DNA of 59,678 bases, filler included. It is 5 parts of 5 records of this genome, joined end to end, with 100 filler letters (N's around TTAATTAATTAA, not from the genome) between each part and the next. Parts side by side here need not be neighbours in the genome. Positions count along the whole stretch, not along the records: positions 32,310 to 48,301 come from SRR22947727_2750; 4 more parts are not named here. One strand, given 5' to 3'. A program made the position numbers and the translations under genes. Below the pieces are notes generated by a model. That model had not been told where the DNA came from and did no database searches. It was given only the letters and a program-made list of their open reading frames with translations. Below, piece after piece: positions 32,210 to 41,939 of the stretch. Positions within the stretch are counted from its first letter, which is position 1. Each line of letters begins with the position of its first letter.

Positions 32210-32309
32210 NNNNNNNNNNNNNNNNNNNNNNNNNNNNNNNNNNNNNNNNNNNNTTAATTAATTAANNNNNNNNNNNNNNNNNNNNNNNNNNNNNNNNNNN
32301 NNNNNNNNN
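32210..32309. other. Artificial contig linker
   Basis: N44-TTAATTAATTAA-N44. Confidence 0.98.
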
Positions 32310-32339
32310 CATTCATTCCATATACTCTTTTTTGATTAA
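32310..32339. repeat. Left arm of 30-bp inverted repeat
   Basis: CATTCATTCCATATACTCTTTTTTGATTAA is the exact reverse complement of 48272-48301. Confidence 0.93.
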
Positions 32340-32756
32340 ACAATTAGAGAGGGCTTCAAAATGAGAATTGGGCAAAAAAGGCAAATCAGTGGACTCAAGC
32401 CGGCCAACAGAAAACTCGGAAGATAGAAAAGAAGATTGTGTGGATGGGTCATAAATAAAAAACAAAGACAACTGGTTACTTACCCAGCAAAAACCCTTAC
32501 GAAAATATTGGGTTTTGAAAGAGGCAAAAGTTCCATTAGATGGAAAAAGACTTCGAATCTGCTGGTCACGCAACTTAAAGTTACCAAGATACGAAAATAT
32601 ATTAAATCGAGGATTAGAAGGATCAAGATAACAATATCTTGTGAAGAGTGGATTGAAACTGTGGTAAATGACGAAAAAAGCATTTTGAGCAGAAGATAGA
32701 TGATCTAACAGGGTAAAGAGTTTCGTAAACCGAGAGAAAAGAAATCGTGCCATCAA
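32313..32756 (-). CDS. Hypothetical protein; 3' end lies in the inverted repeat and may be chimeric
   Basis: Open frame co-directional with pseI and with the same F/S/L-rich bias. Confidence 0.35.
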   Translation of the reverse strand: MMARFLFSRFTKLFTLLDHLSSAQNAFFVIYHSFNPLFTRYCYLDPSNPRFNIFSYLGNFKLRDQQIRSLFPSNGTFASFKTQYFRKGFCWVSNQLSLFFIYDPSTQSSFLSSEFSVGRLESTDLPFLPNSHFEALSNCLIKKEYME

Positions 32757-32782
32757 AACGAAGCAGTAAAGAGGGAAGATAT

Positions 32783-33853
32783 CTACTGTGGACTAAAAAT
32801 ATCGGAAGTGAGAATAGGATGTCCAACTTGAATATCATAAGTTGCTTTTGAACCTAAAAGGGTACATAGAGAGATGCCAGATTCAGAATGAGAAGGGCGA
32901 TACGTGCCAATATTATCAAGTGTCAAAAGTTCACCCTTAGAGATACAGCGTTTTGCATAAACGGAACGTGAAAAGTTTAATGAAGGCTTTGTAGCCGACA
33001 AATCAGCTGACATAGATAAATTGAGATTATCTAACATAGGATTTAAACAAAGTTCATGAATAGAACTAATCTGATAAGCCATTTCCGAAGGCTCTAAAGA
33101 GAAACTACAATCAGGACCACCGTCATCCCTAGAAAGAGTTAAGTGTTTTTCAAAAATTCTCGCACCGAGAATATAGGACAAAACAATATTTGAGGAATCG
33201 ATGGAGTGATCAGACAAACCAATATTTTGGACATAATTCTTTGCTATAAAAAACTTATAAATATCTAAATCAGAAACAGAGCAGGGATAGTTGCTTATAC
33301 AGTTTAAAAGACCCCACATCAAATGACTGCAATTATTCTGGATAAGAAAATTGGAGATCCAGTTTAACTCAGTATTACTAGAAAAGCCTAGCGAAGCTAT
33401 AAAGGGTGTGGAAGTATTGACGATCTCGTAAAATAGCTCGGGAGAATGGATCTCAGCTGATGCAATTTTAAAAAAATCAAAATCATTCTCATAGAGAAAT
33501 AAGAGGTCTTTTGCGGAAAAGGGTGAACTAAATATCGGAATATTTTGTTGGGCTGCGAAATCTCTAATTCTTAAAGACCAATCTAAGGGAACCTCAAGAC
33601 TTTTATATAGGTCCCAATAGGAACGTCCCTTCCATACACCGGAAGTAATCAAATGACGGGAACGAGTAACCTCAAGACATAGGGAGTCGGCAGTAAAAGT
33701 TTGAATTTTTACAGCATGAGCACCGGAAGCCTTGGCTTCAAGTACGAGCTTCTTATAACGATCAAAATCACCGAGATGATTATTAGATATTTCTGCAATA
33801 AAGAGAAAACGATCACGCTTTAAGATTTCATCGAATAAATCACGAGTGTCCAT
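32783..33853 (-). CDS. pseI: Nonulosonic acid synthase (NeuB family, PseI-like) with C-terminal SAF domain
   Basis: IAEISNNHLG, AVKIQT, WKGRSYWDLY, FSSPF, KIASAE, GLSDHS, EKHLTLSRDDGGPD. Confidence 0.82.
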   Translation of the reverse strand: MDTRDLFDEILKRDRFLFIAEISNNHLGDFDRYKKLVLEAKASGAHAVKIQTFTADSLCLEVTRSRHLITSGVWKGRSYWDLYKSLEVPLDWSLRIRDFAAQQNIPIFSSPFSAKDLLFLYENDFDFFKIASAEIHSPELFYEIVNTSTPFIASLGFSSNTELNWISNFLIQNNCSHLMWGLLNCISNYPCSVSDLDIYKFFIAKNYVQNIGLSDHSIDSSNIVLSYILGARIFEKHLTLSRDDGGPDCSFSLEPSEMAYQISSIHELCLNPMLDNLNLSMSADLSATKPSLNFSRSVYAKRCISKGELLTLDNIGTYRPSHSESGISLCTLLGSKATYDIQVGHPILTSDIFSPQ

Positions 33854-33885
33854 CAGATCAAATGGAAAAATTGGACCTAGGTGAC

Positions 33886-34797
33886 TTAGTATACATCATT
33901 ATCTCCGTCTCTAATGATGTAATTTGTCAGAGAAGATGTATGTTTTCCAATAATAGGATCGACTGAATTATGAAGGCATAATCGATCTAATAGTTCAGAC
34001 TCCTGCGAGAGGTTGAATATGCAATCAACGACTAAATTATGGGTATGAGCATATTGACAAGCATTAGACAATACGCTGAGGCCTGAATCAATATCAGTGT
34101 AATCGAGATAGAGTATATGGAGTTTATTTGCGGGGAGATAGTGAGAGGCCAAAGCAATCGCTTGTGAATAACTGGACTCTTGACATACAATAGAAAAATA
34201 ATTCCTGTCAAGTGAATTATAGCTGTATCTTTGATGAAAAAATGAGTGTGGAGGCAATGGAGTGCAAGGACTAACAAGAGAACTACTGCGCACCTGAGAA
34301 ACAAAAGAGTACAGAGAATTAGTAAAACTCAAGCGAGTTCTAACTGATGTGTTGACAAAGTCTTGTACTGAGAAAGTAAAGCGACAGAAATTGGTAAGAG
34401 AATTGAATTTACATCTGCGGTAAGGAATCCTGGCAACTTGATTAGGAAAGCCAATGGAGGGCTGTGAGGAAAAACCAAGCAAAGTATTTATCAAATATAT
34501 ACTAAGGGGCTTATCAGATACACCAGGAAGAACAAACAAATTATTAAATAAAGCATATTTATGGGTACTCCAGTGATGTGCATTCAGACCACCCACTACG
34601 AAATTATTAGAATTGATTAAAAGGGCAGAGAGAGTAGAAAAAGTAAAAATCCAACGAAGTCTATCTTCAAAGTTATTACGATTAAACGCAGTAGACCAAG
34701 AATTAATGTATGAATCAAATAATCTCTTCGTATCAGTAAGTTCTGAAGATTCTAATACTACTATTTGCAAATCATCAACCTTAGAAATCCAGTTCAT
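33886..34797 (-). CDS. Probable divergent GNAT-fold acyltransferase
   Basis: GFPN motif and C-terminal GDNDVY resemble glycan-cluster GNATs. Confidence 0.45.
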   Translation of the reverse strand: MNWISKVDDLQIVVLESSELTDTKRLFDSYINSWSTAFNRNNFEDRLRWIFTFSTLSALLINSNNFVVGGLNAHHWSTHKYALFNNLFVLPGVSDKPLSIYLINTLLGFSSQPSIGFPNQVARIPYRRCKFNSLTNFCRFTFSVQDFVNTSVRTRLSFTNSLYSFVSQVRSSSLVSPCTPLPPHSFFHQRYSYNSLDRNYFSIVCQESSYSQAIALASHYLPANKLHILYLDYTDIDSGLSVLSNACQYAHTHNLVVDCIFNLSQESELLDRLCLHNSVDPIIGKHTSSLTNYIIRDGDNDVY

Positions 34798-34799
34798 TG

Positions 34800-35495
34800 C
34801 TACTTAAGCCGTTGTGCATAAAGAACAGAACCAGACGCACAGTCGGGCAAAGAAAGCGCAGAAACAATTAATTGACAAACAGATGAAACTTCTAATATCT
34901 TAGGGTTCGATTGCATACTAATAAGAGAATCTATTTGGGAATTAGAAAGTTGCGATGTCATTGGAGTGGCGAAATAAGACGGTGCAATAGTGAAGAAACG
35001 AATGCCTAACTTATTCAAGTCAGCATTGAAATTCTGTGCGACCTTCGAAAGAGCAGATTTAGAAGATGAATAACCCAACTCACCAGGAATATTAATATCA
35101 GCTGCAATACTGGAAATAAAAATAACAGCGCCACGAGCACGCGCAAGTGCACGAGTACACCGACTAGTCAAAAAAGCGGGGGCAATAGTATTGACTAGAA
35201 ACATTTCATTCAATTTATCAACCGAAATCTTACTAGATGGCATAGTATGCATGACCCCAGCACAATGAATTAAAGCTAAAATCGACTTATAAACTGAAAG
35301 AGAATCTACTAGATTAGTCAAGTCCTCTAGACTACGAAAATCACAAGAAATAAAATCATCTTGACTACGCAATGTAGACGGTTGAGTACGACAAACACAA
35401 ACAATTTTAGGATATTGATTTGTAGAGACTAGATAATTGTAAAGGTACAGACCTAACCCCGAGGATGCACCAGTAATGACAATGTTAGCTATCAT
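34800..35495 (-). CDS. Short-chain dehydrogenase/reductase
   Basis: TGASSGLG, HCAG, SS, YSSSK. Confidence 0.9.
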   Translation of the reverse strand: MIANIVITGASSGLGLYLYNYLVSTNQYPKIVCVCRTQPSTLRSQDDFISCDFRSLEDLTNLVDSLSVYKSILALIHCAGVMHTMPSSKISVDKLNEMFLVNTIAPAFLTSRCTRALARARGAVIFISSIAADINIPGELGYSSSKSALSKVAQNFNADLNKLGIRFFTIAPSYFATPMTSQLSNSQIDSLISMQSNPKILEVSSVCQLIVSALSLPDCASGSVLYAQRLK

Positions 35496-35526
35496 AAAAA
35501 AACAAATAAACTTCGAGGCAAAATCA

Positions 35527-36579
35527 TTAGTTCTGAAATAGGTCCGAGAAGTGTGAATCCTTTAATTGAATGATTAGCACATCACGTGTGCTACCAGGCA
35601 ATAATGGGAGACCACGATGAAAACCGCTGGTATCTTCAACTATTATAGTGCCCTGCTTTCCCACCATGGTCTGGAGGGAATTAGGAGAATACAACTTAGA
35701 TAGTGTCTCCTCATTGGTACGAAAATAAGTAGGTATTCTCTCCAAAGTGGGGAATGATGATGGAAATGGTAGATGAGAACCGCTGTAAAATTGATGGGCA
35801 CCGGAGGAATTATCAACGTCGGAAAGATAGATAAATATCTTCAAAAATTTAAAGGCATCTACGTCGAAATGAAACTCCTGGGCAGCGTTACTGATTTCAT
35901 CACTTGAAGCATTAGATTTACCCTTAGAAAACCAGCCAGTAGTGTGTACCATAAAGGGTCGAGAACGAAAATATGAGGAAGCAAGTGAGCAAATAAAATT
36001 ACTATAAATAAACTCAGTTAATAAGCGGCTAGTACTAAGAAGGGTCTTAGAATAAAAAAATCTAAGTGCATCACTGTTGTTCAAGCATTGTTGTCTTGTA
36101 GAGGGGTCAGAGCAACGTATTTGACCAGGCAGTTCAGGTTTAAGATCGTTATATGTAATGGTTTTTTTCAAAGTATGAACTATATTATCCGGTATTACGA
36201 CATCAAATTTATAGAATCCATTTTTAACGACAGATTTAAGACAATAGGAAAACTCAGGCAGCAACATTTCATCAAATATATTGACTTCTGCACGACGACG
36301 GATAGCAGTATTAATGTAATTAGCAAGATCATTGCATGATAATCCTTGATTCAGAGGAGTTAAATGCCAGTACTCGAAAAATTTTTTATTTGAGTCAATC
36401 CAGGCGCGCCGTATAACCTCGTGAACACTCGTATGTTGAGATGACAACTCTCCGCGCGAAAAACGAATAAATCTCTGAACTGATGGGATAGAAGAAATGG
36501 ATGAATCTTGTAAATAGGAGACAAAATTATTGATCAGGAAATATTGAAAGTCGGGAGTATAAGTAATTAAGGACGACAC
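35527..36579 (-). CDS. PhyH-like Fe(II)/2-oxoglutarate dioxygenase
   Basis: FHFD (HxD), FIYLSDV, GSH, GTIIVEDTSGFHRG. Confidence 0.75.
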   Translation of the reverse strand: MSSLITYTPDFQYFLINNFVSYLQDSSISSIPSVQRFIRFSRGELSSQHTSVHEVIRRAWIDSNKKFFEYWHLTPLNQGLSCNDLANYINTAIRRRAEVNIFDEMLLPEFSYCLKSVVKNGFYKFDVVIPDNIVHTLKKTITYNDLKPELPGQIRCSDPSTRQQCLNNSDALRFFYSKTLLSTSRLLTEFIYSNFICSLASSYFRSRPFMVHTTGWFSKGKSNASSDEISNAAQEFHFDVDAFKFLKIFIYLSDVDNSSGAHQFYSGSHLPFPSSFPTLERIPTYFRTNEETLSKLYSPNSLQTMVGKQGTIIVEDTSGFHRGLPLLPGSTRDVLIIQLKDSHFSDLFQN

Positions 36580-36659
36580 GATCGATGCATTATGCTAATA
36601 TGTAAATTATAGCATTTGAAAACATCAGTGCCAACTTCTACTTTTACAAGAGGGACAAT

Positions 36660-37976
36660 ATGTTTCAAGTTCAAATAGTTTACAGCGCCTGTTGTGTAAT
36701 TAAAACGCAGGATGTAAAAATCTTATGTGACCCATGGTTTACACAAGGAATACATGGAGGGACTTGGTTCCATAATCCATTATTAGAAGACCCGATTGAT
36801 ATAATTGGTGAATGTGACTATATTTATATCTCACACATACATGAAGATCACTACGACAAAGAATTTCTTTCAATATACTGCAATTATCTGCGATCGAAAA
36901 ACAAAAGACCGAAAATTATAATTGCAGAAAGAAGCAATCGAAACTTCCTAGAGGCAAAAATTAAAAGAGATAATTTTGGAGAGGAAATATGCATTATTGA
37001 CCAAATGAAGATTGGAGATACAACGGTAATTCTTCGTGAGTACAAAAGCGGCATTGAAGGAGAAATAGATAGCTGCATCTACATTGAAAATAGAGGACAA
37101 TCTCTATTAAATATCAATGATATTAGCTTTAAGGAAGAGTATATGAAAAGTACAGTAAATGGCATAGAAATATCCAATCTCAGCTGCCTACTAACAAAGC
37201 AAGCAGGTGCTAGCCCATATCCACAAATGTATTTTGATGGTGAAGAATTAAAAATCAAGCATCAGGAAAAAGTTAACTACAACAAACAACTATTTAAAGA
37301 GACAGTCAATTTCTTTGATCCTGAGGTGGTAATACCTTTTGCAGGTGATTATGTATTGGGTGGTGGTATAGGCCACCTGAATGAATTTAGAGGAATGTAC
37401 GATACAGTTGAAACTCGACAGATAGACGAACGATCAATTCCAATAGACATTGAAAGTGGTACAGAATGCTATGACATAGAAAATAAGAAAGCATCCAAGA
37501 TCAAAACATTGAAAACTAATCAGTACGAAGGATATGCAAGTAGACTTTCAATTGTCAATGAAACTCGCAGAAAAGAATGGTACCCAGAATTAACAGACGT
37601 GAGTATTAAGGATGATCTGATTGAAATTTTGAAAGAGATTTTAAACATTTGGTACAAAAAAAATCAAACAACTGACAAATTTGATTATTACTTTTTTCAG
37701 CAAATGGATGATGTAAAGGGAATGAAGATCGGAATTAATAAGTATATTCCTTCTATCGAACAGATCGAACATACATACGATGAAGTTAAAAGCAATAAGT
37801 CGAAAGATGATGATTATGTCTGCATCTTCATTGATAGTAGATTATTTTTAGCATGCACGAAACGGGATGCACACTGGAATAATGTCTTTGGCGGCAGCCA
37901 GTGTATAATAAGAAGACATGGTAATTCTGATTTATGTAGGATAATGGAAGCTAAGCTTTGGTTCCTTCACATTTAG
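36660..37976 (+). CDS. MBL-fold metalloprotein, CMP-Neu5Ac hydroxylase (CMAH)-like, no Rieske domain
   Basis: CDPW, YIYISHIHEDH, GASPYPQ, PFAG. Confidence 0.75.
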   Translation: MFQVQIVYSACCVIKTQDVKILCDPWFTQGIHGGTWFHNPLLEDPIDIIGECDYIYISHIHEDHYDKEFLSIYCNYLRSKNKRPKIIIAERSNRNFLEAKIKRDNFGEEICIIDQMKIGDTTVILREYKSGIEGEIDSCIYIENRGQSLLNINDISFKEEYMKSTVNGIEISNLSCLLTKQAGASPYPQMYFDGEELKIKHQEKVNYNKQLFKETVNFFDPEVVIPFAGDYVLGGGIGHLNEFRGMYDTVETRQIDERSIPIDIESGTECYDIENKKASKIKTLKTNQYEGYASRLSIVNETRRKEWYPELTDVSIKDDLIEILKEILNIWYKKNQTTDKFDYYFFQQMDDVKGMKIGINKYIPSIEQIEHTYDEVKSNKSKDDDYVCIFIDSRLFLACTKRDAHWNNVFGGSQCIIRRHGNSDLCRIMEAKLWFLHI

Positions 37977-37981
37977 TCAAT

Positions 37982-39502
37982 ATGAAAACATTTCAAAAAG
38001 TTAAAAACGATAGAAAATATTTTGACGTTAATTCAAATATTAATACTGTTAACAGAAGCTCATTAATAGTGCCGGTAATCAAAAATACACAGGTAGATGT
38101 TAGTTTTCTGAATCACTATCTTATCAAACGAGGTATCGAGTCTGTACTATTCAAAATAACACCTTATACAAGCTGTAGCAAAAACACTTACTCTCTGAGC
38201 TTTGAGATTAAGGATCCGATAGTATATTCCTACAATTTAACAGAAATATTTAGTGATATCAAGGACATCTCAGCATTCGAATGTGAATTCATATCAATCA
38301 AAAATATTGGTGTTCCTTACCCTGCAGTCATTATAAACCACATATCAGATTGCTCACATAATATTGTACATTCATACTCTAGACAATTAAATTCAACACA
38401 AGAAGAGTCGCATACACAAGAATTTCTAACACCTGAGACAAATTTTGACTACATAAATAATGATGACTTTGAAACATTTTTTGTATTTCAAAATGGTGTC
38501 TACACTAATAAATTAACCGAATTAGAAGTTCTTGTGACCGATAGTGGTAATGTCTCTACAGGCATAATTAGGGTTGAAAACTCAAAACCATTTAATTCAT
38601 ACATGTTTGGATTATCAGACATCATTAGTAGCAATAAGTTACCAGAATCCAAGAATATTGGGGGGAGAAAAATAACAGTCCATCAACCGCAACAGAGGAT
38701 GTTTTATGGCAGATTATTAGCAGGTATACGATCAAAAGAGAATGCTAATATATTTTCAGCAAATCATTCTTATTACGACACGTCTCATGTCGAAGAGTAT
38801 GTAGACACTAAGACAGCGAAAAGAGCATATCCGTTTATTCCGAGAAAGAAGATTGCATTATTATTTTATCCATCAATGTCGCCATCAAGAGGAAGGATTA
38901 AAGTGAGAGTATATGAGGAGAATAAACTTCAACCCATTAGTATCTACGATGAACTTAAATATATGAGCAATGATATTATTTATATTGATGTTTCAAAATT
39001 ATTAGCCGAAAATGATATACGAAATCCAGTAATTTGCGAGGTCGAATACGTTTCAGAAAGTCTGACTGGTTATAAGGTTCCAGCCAGAATTAACCATCAA
39101 CTTATATATTCTGATTGTGAATCACCATTAGCCGCATCAATTAATGTCTCACTACACCATGAGAATTCAATACCAATAACTAAGAAGAATTATATGACTT
39201 GGATTCAAATTTTGAATAACAATGAATATGAGACATATTTAGCTATTTGCGACAGTTATATTGAGAACGAAAATGAAATAACACCAATTGTATTAGAATT
39301 TTACAGTGAAAAAGGATTAATAGAAACAAAGTCAATGAGTATAGATTCAAGAAAAGCATTAAATATAGATACTAATTTTATTGATCAAAATTTTGGTAAG
39401 TATATATGGGTAACCTGTAAGTCATCTTCACCTTATATTAATATGTATACAGTACACACAAATATCAACTCACATCACACCTCTGGAGAGCACAGCTTCT
39501 AA
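37982..39502 (+). CDS. Hypothetical protein (about 506 aa)
   Basis: Long ORF in the operon; starts 5 nt after the preceding stop. Confidence 0.7.
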   Translation: MKTFQKVKNDRKYFDVNSNINTVNRSSLIVPVIKNTQVDVSFLNHYLIKRGIESVLFKITPYTSCSKNTYSLSFEIKDPIVYSYNLTEIFSDIKDISAFECEFISIKNIGVPYPAVIINHISDCSHNIVHSYSRQLNSTQEESHTQEFLTPETNFDYINNDDFETFFVFQNGVYTNKLTELEVLVTDSGNVSTGIIRVENSKPFNSYMFGLSDIISSNKLPESKNIGGRKITVHQPQQRMFYGRLLAGIRSKENANIFSANHSYYDTSHVEEYVDTKTAKRAYPFIPRKKIALLFYPSMSPSRGRIKVRVYEENKLQPISIYDELKYMSNDIIYIDVSKLLAENDIRNPVICEVEYVSESLTGYKVPARINHQLIYSDCESPLAASINVSLHHENSIPITKKNYMTWIQILNNNEYETYLAICDSYIENENEITPIVLEFYSEKGLIETKSMSIDSRKALNIDTNFIDQNFGKYIWVTCKSSSPYINMYTVHTNINSHHTSGEHSF

Positions 39503-39513
39503 ATAAGGATTAT

Positions 39514-41016
39514 ATGAATATTCTTTTACATCTTCACCCTCAGGGAGCTTATATTGCACGAGCAATTAACTTTGTTGCTACAAATTATCCTAATTCAAAA
39601 CTGCTGCCTGTCAACTTTCCCTCATTTTTAGAGGGTATGAATACACAGTTCAGCAATTATCTACTCCAGAAAAGTGCTCAAAAGATTTGTATACAAAAAA
39701 ACAAAGAAAATATAACCTGGGACCCTCAGCTACTATTTAAATATAAGAATATTGAATGGAAAGTCAATCAAGATCAGATTAGTTCAAATGCTTTTCTTAA
39801 ATCTTCGAAATGCGACTCATTTATTACTAAAAGCATTATCGATACTGCAAGTAGAAACTTATTATTTTCATCTGAAGACTACTTCAGAAACTTAGATATA
39901 AGAGATCAGTACAATAGTCATCTAAGAAAATGCCATGACAAAATATTCACAGAAGCACTTAAGTTAATATACAAACAGAAAGTAGACTTAATCATCGTCT
40001 CGCATATGAATTATATATATTATACAGCAATGCTTTTGGCAGCATATTTTGCTAATATACCTGTACTTTTACTGCATGGGGGTTATAATGAAACCATATT
40101 ATTTAAGAGTAATATTATAAAGTTTACAAGCCCTAGTGACGTAAGAAAAGACGTATTAGACAAATATTTAAGAGATGTAGACACTAATGTAGAAAATACA
40201 AACAAAAGAATAGCTTTATATGATAGCTATAGAAGCATTAGCGATATGGCTCAAGTAATCTACGAATTACAGCAAAAAAATGTAATTGATCCACAGAATA
40301 GACTCGCTTTGGTAAATCATCAAGTGATATCAGAAATTTGCTTCCACTTTGAACCAAAAGATAAAACTCAAATCAACAAAACAAGATATGATATTTTAGA
40401 GTTAGTATTACGCTCTCTAATCTCTAAAAACGTGAGCGTAATACTGAGAACACACCCCGCATCAAGAGATTATCCTGGCGAGATTGAGATAGTTGAAAAT
40501 TTACTTGCCAAAATCAATTCCCCACTTATTAAACTTTCTACAGAGAAAGAAACACACAATATTGAAGAAGAATTTTTAAGTAAAAATTTATACCCAGAGA
40601 TATACTCTCTAGGAGGGTCGGCTACATGTGAGTTGATTTCTCAAGGTATACATTCATACTCAATAGGTGAGTGCCAAATGCCAGATAGTTGTCAGCAATT
40701 CGTTGTTCCCGTTGTATCGGAGATCGAAGCAGAGCTTGATCGATGCTACAGAAATCACTCAACCAAGCCAAATAGACTACAAATGAATGAAGCAGCATCA
40801 TTTCTTAAACTAGCAAAGCTTACTTATCATAGAAGGACAAAATTCAATGCTGACCTTGAAAGAGCAGACACTTTTTTTCATTTTGGAAATATAAAAGACC
40901 ATGAGTATACCTTGCTGAGGTTTCTACAAGACTCTATAGATTCTAAATTAACATCAGAATATTCATGTCATTCAACACTTTGCAATAGCACGAACCTCTA
41001 CTTCAATGAAAAATAG
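39514..41016 (+). CDS. Putative capsule-biosynthesis/GT-B-like glycosyltransferase
   Basis: LRTHP followed by GSATCE, a pattern typical of KpsS/nonulosonyl-transferase-like proteins. Confidence 0.5.
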   Translation: MNILLHLHPQGAYIARAINFVATNYPNSKLLPVNFPSFLEGMNTQFSNYLLQKSAQKICIQKNKENITWDPQLLFKYKNIEWKVNQDQISSNAFLKSSKCDSFITKSIIDTASRNLLFSSEDYFRNLDIRDQYNSHLRKCHDKIFTEALKLIYKQKVDLIIVSHMNYIYYTAMLLAAYFANIPVLLLHGGYNETILFKSNIIKFTSPSDVRKDVLDKYLRDVDTNVENTNKRIALYDSYRSISDMAQVIYELQQKNVIDPQNRLALVNHQVISEICFHFEPKDKTQINKTRYDILELVLRSLISKNVSVILRTHPASRDYPGEIEIVENLLAKINSPLIKLSTEKETHNIEEEFLSKNLYPEIYSLGGSATCELISQGIHSYSIGECQMPDSCQQFVVPVVSEIEAELDRCYRNHSTKPNRLQMNEAASFLKLAKLTYHRRTKFNADLERADTFFHFGNIKDHEYTLLRFLQDSIDSKLTSEYSCHSTLCNSTNLYFNEK

Positions 41017-41929
41017 TATCTATAGCAAGAATGAGTTCCGAATACTAGTAGAAAATTGTCTGATGGATGCACAAGAGTATTTTAATATACCTCATGATAA
41101 TAATTTATACCTGCTTTTAAGAGCCGCCTACGTTCAAAGCATGGGAAAGTCTGCATTGTATATTAATGAGCTAATATCAAGGAAAAGACCCATTGCAAGC
41201 TACAATATGCCTGACAATACTCCAGGCTTATTTAATAAAAGATCTATACAAAATATTGAAATTCAACTCAAGAATACCTCTGGATATGCAACGTACAGAA
41301 GACCAAATCTCTCGAATGAATGTCATGAACTAAGTGAATACTTAGATACATTACCGGTACCGGAAAATAGCAATAGAATAATTATAGCTAATTGGGAAGT
41401 TCTCCGTCAGTTCAAGATTGTTGAAAAAATACGAAGAGACAAATCTATAAAAACAATAGTCGACAGATATTTAAACTGTTGCTCAATAGTAAATAGTATT
41501 GTCGCATGGAAAACCATACAAAATGATAATGGTAGACTCAATATGTCAAAAGATGCAATGCATTTCCATTTTGATTCTGATCACAATAGATTCATGAAGG
41601 TTTTCGTTTATCTAGACGCAGTAGACAATACCTGTGGTCCTCATATTTACGTCCCGAACAGTAATGCGATTAATAGGCATAGACTACCTGCCTCTCTACA
41701 TAGAGATGGTAGATATAACTCTCTTGAAATTATAAACAGTGGTTTATGTCCCCAATACATACCAGGAGAAACGGGTACTATTATCTTTGCTGATACTCAT
41801 AACTTGCACAGAGGTTCTCCACTGAGGTTAGGAAGATCAAGATATGTTTTATCGATACAGTATGTCGATTCTGTGGCTGGCGCGACTCCAACGCACAATC
41901 CAGTAGATATATTAGAGATGAACGTTTAA
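41006..41929 (+). CDS. PhyH-like Fe(II)/2-oxoglutarate dioxygenase
   Basis: FHFDSD (HxD), VFVYLDAV, GPHIYVP, GTIIFADTHNLHRG. Confidence 0.78.
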   Translation: MKNSIYSKNEFRILVENCLMDAQEYFNIPHDNNLYLLLRAAYVQSMGKSALYINELISRKRPIASYNMPDNTPGLFNKRSIQNIEIQLKNTSGYATYRRPNLSNECHELSEYLDTLPVPENSNRIIIANWEVLRQFKIVEKIRRDKSIKTIVDRYLNCCSIVNSIVAWKTIQNDNGRLNMSKDAMHFHFDSDHNRFMKVFVYLDAVDNTCGPHIYVPNSNAINRHRLPASLHRDGRYNSLEIINSGLCPQYIPGETGTIIFADTHNLHRGSPLRLGRSRYVLSIQYVDSVAGATPTHNPVDILEMNV

Positions 41930-41939
41930 TCTACGACCT

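Noticed and set aside
36592-36615. ATGCTA...TAGCAT palindrome in the divergent promoter of the glycan island
   Set aside because: Only 6-bp arms in AT-rich DNA; expected by chance.
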